From: an uncultured Pirellulaceae bacterium
GTDB taxonomy: Bacteria > Planctomycetota > Planctomycetia > Pirellulales > Pirellulaceae
Reading direction: 5' to 3'
NCBI GenBank assembly: GCA_937944405.1
Contig: CALDYR010000042.1
Span: 3,107 to 67,106 of the forward strand
Length of the DNA: 64,000 nucleotides
Below are positions 40,492-48,730 of this stretch, in pieces (position 1 is the first letter of the stretch; every line of letters starts with the position of its first letter). Made by a program: the position numbers and the translations under genes. Below the pieces are notes generated by a model, which saw nothing but the letters and a program-made list of their open reading frames with translations, made no database searches and was not told the origin of the DNA.

Positions 40492-42198
40492 ATGGATTTT
40501 CAACTGCGTACGCTCATCGGTTCGGCAGCTCCCCCAAAGCGCCGGACAACGACTCTCTTCATCGCCGTGATGTTGATGGTTGGGACCGTTGCGTTTTCTT
40601 TCACGTCCGACGTGGTCGCCCAGACCGCCACCACCGATATCGATAGCGTCCTGCGTAATGGACGCCAATTAGAAAACGACGGACGATGGGGCGAAGCCTT
40701 GGGCGTCTATCAAGCGGCGTTGAAAGCCGAACCAACCAACGAGCTGCTGAAAACGCGCCGCGCCGTCAGCCGCATTCACTACGATCTTGACCGACGTTAC
40801 TCCGACGCCAGCTTCATCCAGTCGGTCGACCGAACCGACGGCGCGACCGCCGCTAACGTTTACGCCGAAGTGCTGTTAAAAATCCAATCCTATTACGTGG
40901 AAGAACCCGACTGGGCGGAATTGGCCAGTTACGGTTTGACCAGCCTTGAAGTGGCGTTGCTGTCGGACGATTTCCGGGCCAAACACCTTCCCTCGATCAC
41001 CGCCGATCAGGTCCAAGATCAGATCATGCACAGCCGCAGTATCGCCGACAACACGATCGTCAATACACGCCATCAAGCGTACCTGTTCGCCAACAGGATC
41101 GCTCAATCTTTGCAGCAGAACATCGGCCTTCAACCGCAAGCAACGACTTACGAATTCATCTGCGGAGCGATCTCTGCTTTGGACCCATATTCGGCGTTCA
41201 TGTCCAACAACCAATACAGCGAAACAATGTCGCAGATCGAAGGCAACTTCGTCGGGTTGGGTGTCGAATTAAGAACTCACGCCAACGAACTGGAGATCGT
41301 CAGCGTAATCTCAGGCGGACCGGCCGACAAAGGCGGACTGATTAAGGGCGACCGAATTTTGGCCGTCAACCAACAATTGGTCGACGTCGTCGGTAGCGAA
41401 ACAGCCGCCGATATGCTCCGCGGAACAGAGGGGTCTTTCGTGACCCTGAACATCGATCGCGGCAACGGGCCCCGAGTCCTAAAACTGGAACGCAGACGGG
41501 TCGACATTCCCAGCGTTGATCAAGTTTCAATCGTCGATGCTCAAAATGGTGTGGGCTATATTCGATTAACCAATTTTCAGAAAACGACTGCCAGAGACTT
41601 CGATGCGGCGTTGTGGAAACTACATCGCCAAGGCATGAGGTCATTGATTGTCGATGTGCGTGGCAATCCCGGTGGTCTGTTATCGGCATCGGTCGAAGTC
41701 GCTGACCGGTTTGTTACCAACGGTGTGATCGTTTCAACACGTGGCCGTAACACGTTAGAAAACTATACCCACCGAGCCAACCTTGAACGGACTTGGCGGG
41801 TTCCCTTAGTCGTTTTGGTTGATCAGAATTCCGCCAGTGCCAGTGAGATTTTTGCCGCCGCGATTCGCGATCACAACCGCGGAAAAATCGTCGGCACACA
41901 GAGCTATGGAAAAGGCAGCGTCCAAGGCATCTTCCCATTAACGGTCGCTGGTGGTGGCGTACGTTTAACGACAGCAAAATTCTATTCGCCCACCGGCCGC
42001 GCGATCAGCCAAGTCGGTGTCAAAGCCGACTATAAAGTTATCCAGCAAAGCAAAGCCGCTGGCGAAACCAACGAAGACAGCGATGTCGGGCTTCGCATGG
42101 GCATCGAAGTGGCTCGCCGGGCAGAACCGTTGGTGATTCGAAACGCCGTATCGCAACAACGCAAAAATTTCGACTACGAATCGGTCGCCGGACGCTAA
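40492..42198 (+). CDS. S41-family C-terminal processing peptidase (CtpA-like) with PDZ and N-terminal TPR-like region
   Basis: LDPYSAF, PDZ GLGVEL, IVDVRGNPGGLL, NSASASEIFA, SYGKGSVQ, TTAKFYSP. ATG 40492 preferred. Confidence 0.92.
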   Translation: MDFQLRTLIGSAAPPKRRTTTLFIAVMLMVGTVAFSFTSDVVAQTATTDIDSVLRNGRQLENDGRWGEALGVYQAALKAEPTNELLKTRRAVSRIHYDLDRRYSDASFIQSVDRTDGATAANVYAEVLLKIQSYYVEEPDWAELASYGLTSLEVALLSDDFRAKHLPSITADQVQDQIMHSRSIADNTIVNTRHQAYLFANRIAQSLQQNIGLQPQATTYEFICGAISALDPYSAFMSNNQYSETMSQIEGNFVGLGVELRTHANELEIVSVISGGPADKGGLIKGDRILAVNQQLVDVVGSETAADMLRGTEGSFVTLNIDRGNGPRVLKLERRRVDIPSVDQVSIVDAQNGVGYIRLTNFQKTTARDFDAALWKLHRQGMRSLIVDVRGNPGGLLSASVEVADRFVTNGVIVSTRGRNTLENYTHRANLERTWRVPLVVLVDQNSASASEIFAAAIRDHNRGKIVGTQSYGKGSVQGIFPLTVAGGGVRLTTAKFYSPTGRAISQVGVKADYKVIQQSKAAGETNEDSDVGLRMGIEVARRAEPLVIRNAVSQQRKNFDYESVAGR

Positions 42199-42222
42199 CC
42201 CACCGGCCATCGTTCCTCCCCC

Positions 42223-42252
42223 AAAGCCGCAGCTGATCCTGCGGCTTTTTTT
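42223..42252 (+). terminator. Intrinsic terminator
   Basis: AAAGCCGCAG-ctgatc-CTGCGGCTTT followed by a T run, 24 nt after the S41 peptidase stop. Confidence 0.88.
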
Positions 42253-42340
42253 GTGCCCGTTGAGATATTGTTGCCGATAGCCCGTCGTTGATTTCACGAT
42301 CATGCCGCAGAATTTGCATACGATGGGTCCTTTCGCCAAC

Positions 42341-42394
42341 TGCGTTCATGAGATAACCGCGTTCATGAGATAACTGTGTTCACGAGATAACTGC
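42341..42394. repeat. Intergenic 17-bp direct repeat x3
   Basis: TGCGTTCATGAGATAAC / CGCGTTCATGAGATAAC / TGTGTTCACGAGATAAC. Confidence 0.88.
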
Positions 42395-42853
42395 ATCTTG
42401 GGACAGTGACTCCGTTTCTCCGTCTGCCCCTTATCCAGCGCTCCATCTTATCGAAGGGATGCCCCATTGATTGTTAAAACGGTCGATGGTCTCGCGGAGA
42501 AAAAGTGTCGTATCTCTTTTGATTGAATGACTCAAACAAGGTACGGCAAAATTTTATGATTGGGCTACATCGCTCTGGTCGCCGCCACAGCCGTAAGCAG
42601 AATCGGCATATCTTCGTAGCCCGATATCTTCCGGAAGCCCTTTTCGACTTCCAGCAACGATTTCAAACGAGATGCTTGTTGCGAACGGTTGGTTCTTCGA
42701 CGTGCCGACAATGCCTGTCTCCGATACCGCCAGCAAATCAACGGTTAACGGTGATAAGCGCTTGTTTATCTTAGAGAGTTTCGTTTTGAGCCTTCAAAAA
42801 ACCTCTCCTCAGCGATACGATTTGCACGATACCGAAATGGAAAGTAGACAACC

Positions 42854-44056
42854 ATGAGCGACGTGCAGTTTCCGAACTTCTCTTCTAAAATCGATCGTCC
42901 GACGTCAGTCAAAATTCAAGATTTCCAGCGTCAGGGACGGCTCAAGCACATCATTTTTGGTCAACAACTGACTCCGTTACTGATGGAAAAGCTGTGCCGA
43001 TCGGCGGATAAGATTCGCACGATGGCCAAAAATCCTGATGGCAACGCTCAACTCCGCAACTTGCTGGCTGATAAACGGGCGATGCTGTATTTCACACAAC
43101 CCTCCACACGCACTTTTCTATCGTTCATGGCGGCGTGTCAAATTTTGGGGATCACCTGTAACGAGGTCCGAGACCCAAAAACGTCTTCGGAAGTTAAACG
43201 CGAATCACGAACCGATTCGATTCGCATGTTCAGCAGTTACTTTGACGTCATCATTATGCGTTCGCAAGTTGAAAAGTTTGCCGAAGTCTGCGCCTATATG
43301 ATGAACGAACTTGAAGAACAAGAGCAGCGTTCAGTGCCGATCATCAACGCGGGCGCCGGTTCGGATGAACACCCGACCCAGGCCTTGTTGGACATGTACA
43401 CCATATTTCGCAGCTTCAATTTCGAAAGCCTTTCGGTTAACGTTTCATCGGAACTGAATCAACTAAAACGGCGTTATCCTGATCTGGTGTCCGGGCCCCA
43501 CCAGAAGACATATCTTTTCTGTGGCGACATCTCGCGCGGACGGACCGTAAGATCTCTGGCGACCGTGCTTGCTCAGTATCCCGACGTCAGAATGTTTTTC
43601 GTTTCGCCGGACCACCCGAGCTTGCGATTGGATTCACGGCTGAAACAGTTTTTGATCGGTGCCGATGTCGAGGTTCACGAATTTGCCAGCTTAGATGAAA
43701 CAATCGACGGCAGCCCAATTTTGTCGGAAACCGATTGTTTCTACATGACACGAATCCAACGTGAACACAATACGCCAGAATTTGAATCCCAATTATCTCA
43801 AATGGATTTATCCCCCTTTCAATTAAGCCTTCAGCGCGTCGCGCAACTTAAAAGCTTCGCCGCAATCTTACACCCTTTCCCGCGCGACGAAGTGGTTGGC
43901 GAAATTCCCCCTGAGGTCGACCGCGACCCGCGCGCGATGTATTTTCGCCAGGCACGGAACGGAATGTGGGCCCGGGCGGCGTTGCTGGTCCATCTTTTTG
44001 ACGCCTCTGAAGACCTGTTCTTCGCGCACAGCAAATCCATCGAACGATCGGTCTAA
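42854..44056 (+). CDS. pyrB: Aspartate carbamoyltransferase catalytic subunit
   Basis: QPSTRT, VIIMRS, NAGAGSDEHPTQALLD, GDISRGRTVRSL, MTRIQRE, ILHPFPR and YFRQARNG are ATCase-specific motifs. Confidence 0.88.
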   Translation: MSDVQFPNFSSKIDRPTSVKIQDFQRQGRLKHIIFGQQLTPLLMEKLCRSADKIRTMAKNPDGNAQLRNLLADKRAMLYFTQPSTRTFLSFMAACQILGITCNEVRDPKTSSEVKRESRTDSIRMFSSYFDVIIMRSQVEKFAEVCAYMMNELEEQEQRSVPIINAGAGSDEHPTQALLDMYTIFRSFNFESLSVNVSSELNQLKRRYPDLVSGPHQKTYLFCGDISRGRTVRSLATVLAQYPDVRMFFVSPDHPSLRLDSRLKQFLIGADVEVHEFASLDETIDGSPILSETDCFYMTRIQREHNTPEFESQLSQMDLSPFQLSLQRVAQLKSFAAILHPFPRDEVVGEIPPEVDRDPRAMYFRQARNGMWARAALLVHLFDASEDLFFAHSKSIERSV

Positions 44057-44490
44057 CGCGGCCTTGGCTCGATCGTAAAACTAGCGACCCTCGGTTCGCC
44101 ATAGATCAACGCCCCTTGGATCAAAAACTACCGGTGGACGGAGGCAACGACGGCGACAGTTTTGCAGACGATTGTACCGATTACGTGAGTTGCTCGTTTA
44201 TTATCAGTACAACACGTCCCCCCAACGAGGCGAACTTTCCGCAATCGAAAGGGAAACTTGGACCCTGCGACACTATCGCCCGATAGAACGGATGATAGGT
44301 ATGGCCCTCGTCTGCACAGCGATAAGTTAACTGTTTTAAATAAATTCGTTGACATCGAAAATCGTTGCCAACTATACTTGAGTTGATTCGTGGCTGCAGC
44401 CTTGACAACCAGCCTAACCCGTCTGTTTTAAAGCAAACATCAATCGCCGTCCCCCACATCGCCGGGCGGCAACAACGAAGGTGTAACTCG

Positions 44491-45309
44491 ATGAATCTGC
44501 TTGGTAAAATTCTTACACTGCTCATACTTGTCATGAGTATTTTCTTTTTGGCCATCGCGCTGATGACTTCTGCGGCCCATCGCAACTGGAAAGTGGCAGC
44601 TTCAGAACTGCAACAAGAGTACAAAGCCATTCAACAACAGTTGACCACCGCCAAAACCAGCACGCTGGAAAAAGAGCAGTTCATCCAAGCCGAAAAAGTC
44701 GCTCGCGCCCAGCAATTGGCTCAACTCGAATCGCAATTGGCGATCTACCGCAACGAGATCGACAGCCTTTCGAAACAGGTCAGCGAAGAAACGATTCTCA
44801 GTCAACAACGATTCTCCAGTCTCGAACAGGCCGAAGCCCGTGCCTCTCAACTGGATAAGGAAAATAAGGGACTCACCGAGCGCAACGTCACGCTGAGTAA
44901 AGAAGTCGCCACCAGCTACGAAAAACTGACCGACTTCACCAACAAGACTTTCGAACTCAACACCCGCATCGAAGAGCTTTCCACGCTCAACAAAGACTTG
45001 AGTTCGACGGTCGCCAAACAGAACAAAGTAATGAAGCGTCTAAACATCGACGAAAACGAACTGGTGAAAGACATCGTTCCCCTAATTAACGCGGTTGTGG
45101 TGCGGACCGAAGGCGACCTGTTTGCGATCGCTGCAGGCACAGATGACGGTTTGCGTGAAGGTCACATTCTGGACATTTACAGAGGGCAAAGATTCGTAGG
45201 GCGCGGTGTTGTTAGAAACGTAGAGAACAATTTAGCGGTGCTGGGAACCCTGTCGGCATTCATGCAAGCTACCGTTCAGGAAGGCGACGATGTCACAAGC
45301 AAGTTCTGA
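44491..45309 (+). CDS. Membrane-anchored coiled-coil protein with a C-terminal beta domain
   Basis: N-terminal TM (MNLLGKILTLLILVMSIFFL), about 170 aa of heptad-like helix, then VVVRTEGDLFAIAAGTDDGLREGHILDIYRG. Confidence 0.8.
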   Translation: MNLLGKILTLLILVMSIFFLAIALMTSAAHRNWKVAASELQQEYKAIQQQLTTAKTSTLEKEQFIQAEKVARAQQLAQLESQLAIYRNEIDSLSKQVSEETILSQQRFSSLEQAEARASQLDKENKGLTERNVTLSKEVATSYEKLTDFTNKTFELNTRIEELSTLNKDLSSTVAKQNKVMKRLNIDENELVKDIVPLINAVVVRTEGDLFAIAAGTDDGLREGHILDIYRGQRFVGRGVVRNVENNLAVLGTLSAFMQATVQEGDDVTSKF

Positions 45310-45622
45310 ATTTGATGACCTCGATGCATCTGGTGAATTTGAGTCGGGTGAATTTGAGTCGGACGTCTTTGGATCTTCAAGCCTCAGCGCTGACGATTTT
45401 GGTTCGCCGATCGGTTTCGAAGAATCCCTCAGCGATGACCTCAGCGTTACTGCTGACGCGGTCGGAAACGTTGAATTCGAGGACACCGGTGCCGCCATGG
45501 CGCCCGCACAATCGACGTACAATAAACAAGGATTCAGCATTTACACCTTGATGCTGGTTCTTAGTTTTATCGTGCTCACGGCCACCGCCATCATCATGTT
45601 CACTTACGCTTCGGTGCTGTAG
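45290..45622 (+). CDS. Small acidic protein with a C-terminal TM helix
   Basis: D/E/S-rich N-terminus, then GFSIYTLMLVLSFIVLTATAIIMF; overlaps the upstream gene by 20 nt. Confidence 0.7.
   Translation: MSQASSEFDDLDASGEFESGEFESDVFGSSSLSADDFGSPIGFEESLSDDLSVTADAVGNVEFEDTGAAMAPAQSTYNKQGFSIYTLMLVLSFIVLTATAIIMFTYASVL
45332..45361. repeat. Exact 15-bp tandem duplication (GEFES x2)
   Basis: GGTGAATTTGAGTCG twice. Confidence 0.9.
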
Positions 45623-45688
45623 TGCCATGCACTGGTAACAGCATCCAATTTGACATTTACAGCATCCATCTCCTTCACCGTCAACATT

Positions 45689-45988
45689 ATGGCCGAATCA
45701 GAATCACTGGAATCCTCGGAAAGTTTCGCTGCCTCCGCTTCCTTTGAGAATCTAAGTTCTCCCGAAACAAATGACGTCTTGGAGAACGAAACCGCTGACG
45801 CCCCAAACGACACTGCCGCGGGCGCCGTCAAATACAAACATGGCCTGTTTGCTGATTTCAACATCTACAACGCCATGTTGATGGCGTCCCTGGTCTTGAT
45901 CCTACTGGCAACGGTGCTTGTCTTTGGAGAACTGGCCGGCTACGGCGGACTGGACGGTTCTTGGAGAACCGGTTCGGTCGGACGTTAG
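45689..45988 (+). CDS. Small acidic protein with a C-terminal TM helix (paralog-like of the previous gene)
   Basis: E/S-rich N-terminus, then DFNIYNAMLMASLVLILLATVLVF. ATG 45689 preferred. Confidence 0.7.
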   Translation: MAESESLESSESFAASASFENLSSPETNDVLENETADAPNDTAAGAVKYKHGLFADFNIYNAMLMASLVLILLATVLVFGELAGYGGLDGSWRTGSVGR

Positions 45989-46250
45989 CCCGTTTGCGAA
46001 ACGCGCGGTCTCTTTTCTCGGTTGCGCGTTGCGATGATACGATCCCCGAATCACCAGTTCGGAGCTTCGTTGAACGTTTAAGCTTCTTTTCTTCAACCGC
46101 AGATTTTCCTTTTTCTGATCGCTGCGGTGTTTCTGATCACTGCGGCATGCAACACGAAAATTGCGTTTCCACGACACCGATCGCTCAGAAGTCGTTAAAC
46201 TATGGTTTACCAATTTGTGATGGGGTTTATCAGAGACGACGGAGATAACG

Positions 46251-47237
46251 TTGGATACAAAGACAAAGACGCAAAACAACACCGGCAGCAGCGCCGCTGC
46301 ATCTTTTGAATCGCTATATCAGGTCGCCGACGACCTGCAGAACAAGATCAACTCGGTCATCTTGGGGAAGCAAAGTATCGTCAGACTTTGCCTGACGGCC
46401 CTTTTTGCGGGAGAACACCTGCTGTTGGAGGACGTGCCGGGCGTTGGAAAAACAATGATGGGAAAAACGATCGCGCAGTCCATCAACGGGAAATTCAACC
46501 GTATTCAATTCACGCCCGACCTTCTCCCCAGTGACATCACTGGAAGTTCAACCTACAACGTAAAAACAAACGAGTTCATATTTAACAAAGGAGCGATTTT
46601 CAGTAATTTTGTGTTGGCTGACGAAATCAATCGAGCCCCGCCGCGCACCCAAAGCGCGTTGTTGGAGGTGATGTCGGACAACCAAGTTAGCGTCGACGGC
46701 CAAACCTACGTAATGGATTCGCCGTTTATGGTGATTGCAACTCAAAATCCGTACGAATTCGAGGGCACTTACACGCTGCCCGAAAGCCAGTTGGATCGGT
46801 TTTTGATGCGTCTGTCGATGGGTTATCCAGACCGGGAATTTGAATCCGACATTCTCTTCAATCACCGTGGTGGCGATCCCGTCGACGAAATAGAACCCGT
46901 GTGCAGCGGCCAAATGATCCAACAAATTCAAGACGCCGTCCGAAACATTACAGTTGAAGATTCGATTGCTGGCTACATTATGGACGTCGTCAATCGAACT
47001 CGGCAATCCCAACAATTTTCTGTCGGCGTCAGCACGCGCGGCGCCTTAGCTTGGTATCGCGCGGTCCAAGCGATGGCGTTTTTGGAACACCGGTCCTATG
47101 CGATTCCCGATGACGCGAAAGAATTGGCGACCAAAGTCCTGTCCCACCGGGTCCAGATGGCCGGATCCAACGCCCGACGCGCCGAAGCCGAAGCCGCCAT
47201 TATCGGCGAAGTGAACAAGGTCCCTTTACCGTCGTAA
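46251..47237 (+). CDS. moxR: MoxR-family AAA+ ATPase
   Basis: LLEDVPGVGKT, RIQFTPDLLPSDITG, LADEINRAPPRTQSALLE, ATQNP, LPESQLDRF. Confidence 0.95.
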   Translation: MDTKTKTQNNTGSSAAASFESLYQVADDLQNKINSVILGKQSIVRLCLTALFAGEHLLLEDVPGVGKTMMGKTIAQSINGKFNRIQFTPDLLPSDITGSSTYNVKTNEFIFNKGAIFSNFVLADEINRAPPRTQSALLEVMSDNQVSVDGQTYVMDSPFMVIATQNPYEFEGTYTLPESQLDRFLMRLSMGYPDREFESDILFNHRGGDPVDEIEPVCSGQMIQQIQDAVRNITVEDSIAGYIMDVVNRTRQSQQFSVGVSTRGALAWYRAVQAMAFLEHRSYAIPDDAKELATKVLSHRVQMAGSNARRAEAEAAIIGEVNKVPLPS

Positions 47238-47254
47238 CCGCGCCACAACTTCGT

Positions 47255-48730
47255 TTGAACCCAACTGAGACTATGTCGATTGCTGATCCCCACCGCCGCC
47301 AACACAAAAGTGATTTTTCCACCGTTGATGTCCGGCTGTCAGAGGAACAGCGGGTCATTAAACGCACCGTCCGATTGACTCCCGAAGGTTGGGTTTTCTT
47401 AGTAATCCTGACGTTTGTGGCCTTTGGCGCGATTCTCAGAAACGTCAATCTCTTAATCGTTCTGGCTGGAATCATGTTTTCGGCCATCATTCTTAATTGG
47501 CGTTCGGCAAACCTAACAGCAAAAACCCTAACAGGATTCCGGGAACTTCCGGCGCGTCCCCATAGTGGAAAATTGTTTAGTATCGTCTGGAAAATTCACA
47601 ATCACAGTCCCCAGCGCGTCTGGAGCATCAGTGTCGAAGACAGATTGAATACCGATTCTCCCAAAGCGTCGGAAGATACCGCTAAACCCTTAAACGCCTT
47701 CCAGCGATTTCACCGTAGTGTTTCCGATTCGGTGAATCGCCACCGCCGAGTCAGCCCCAACCAGGTTCGGCTCAACATCCCGCAGGTCAAATCTGAAAAC
47801 AGTGAATCGTCGGTCTTCCATTGTTTGTTGAATCAGCGCGGCAAGTATCATGTCGGGGCCGCCACCATCTCCACAACCTTCCCCTTTGGCTTGATCGAAA
47901 TCCAACTACAGGTTGACAACCAACAAACCTTTTACGCGGCTCCAGCGATCGGGGAACTGGTGCCCCATTGGGAAAAACAAGCCGCCGCGATTGACACCGG
48001 TGCAGACTCCAAAAAACGCAAACGCGGCTCCCAAGAAGACGAATTTTTTGCCCTCAGAAAATGGCGATCCGGTGATAGCCAACGCAACATTCACTGGCGA
48101 ACCACCGCCAAGATGCAACATCCGATCGTTCGCCAGTTTGACGAACCCACCGACAGAGACCTAGCCATCGTGGTGGATCTTTTTCAACAGCCCGCCGTTA
48201 CCGGCGACGCGGATTCTCGGTCCACTGCCGAACGACAGTTTTGGTTGGGAGAAACAATTCTCAGTTTCGCTTCCACCATCGCTGCGCAGCGACACAGTGA
48301 TCTTGGTGGGCAAATTTCAATCGCCATTTGCGGTCAGCAAAACGACATCTTCCGAAGAATCAGCCGACGAAAATACAACGCCAATTTAAATCGATGCCTT
48401 GCCATGGCGAAGTGCAGTGCCGATCCGGACCTGCGTTCTGGCATCTCCGTTGTCGGGGCCAACGTATCCGCGGGAACTCCGATTTTCATCATCAGCACCC
48501 GCAAGCAACCTCTGTGGATTGAGCAATTGGATGCGGTGCCGAAAAAACCTTACCACAAAAACACCAACGAACCGCTCGAATCATTAGCGTGCCCGAAGAC
48601 CGGACAGGGCAGACTAACGGAGCAAATCCGTTGGCTTGAGGCCGACACCGCAGACTTCCGAAAATTATTTTCTGTAGCGTCAGCGACCGACCAATTGCAA
48701 ATCGACCGTTTTGAGCAGAAGTGGGGCTGA
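47255..48730 (+). CDS. DUF58 domain protein
   Basis: Two N-terminal TMs (LTPEGWVFL), RGKY..FPFGL, EFFALRKWRSGDSQRNIHWRTTAK. Confidence 0.9.
   Translation: MNPTETMSIADPHRRQHKSDFSTVDVRLSEEQRVIKRTVRLTPEGWVFLVILTFVAFGAILRNVNLLIVLAGIMFSAIILNWRSANLTAKTLTGFRELPARPHSGKLFSIVWKIHNHSPQRVWSISVEDRLNTDSPKASEDTAKPLNAFQRFHRSVSDSVNRHRRVSPNQVRLNIPQVKSENSESSVFHCLLNQRGKYHVGAATISTTFPFGLIEIQLQVDNQQTFYAAPAIGELVPHWEKQAAAIDTGADSKKRKRGSQEDEFFALRKWRSGDSQRNIHWRTTAKMQHPIVRQFDEPTDRDLAIVVDLFQQPAVTGDADSRSTAERQFWLGETILSFASTIAAQRHSDLGGQISIAICGQQNDIFRRISRRKYNANLNRCLAMAKCSADPDLRSGISVVGANVSAGTPIFIISTRKQPLWIEQLDAVPKKPYHKNTNEPLESLACPKTGQGRLTEQIRWLEADTADFRKLFSVASATDQLQIDRFEQKWG

Noticed and set aside
42341-42394. CRISPR interpretation of the 17-bp (and 39204 16-bp) repeats
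   Set aside because: The units are contiguous with no spacers, too short, and no cas genes are present in the window.
44057-44490. tRNA or other stable RNA in the long intergenic regions (44057-44490, 29056-29561, 55831-56063)
   Set aside because: No cloverleaf with a T-loop GTTCRA and matching acceptor stem was found by eye; only weak local hairpins. A tRNAscan/Infernal run would be decisive.
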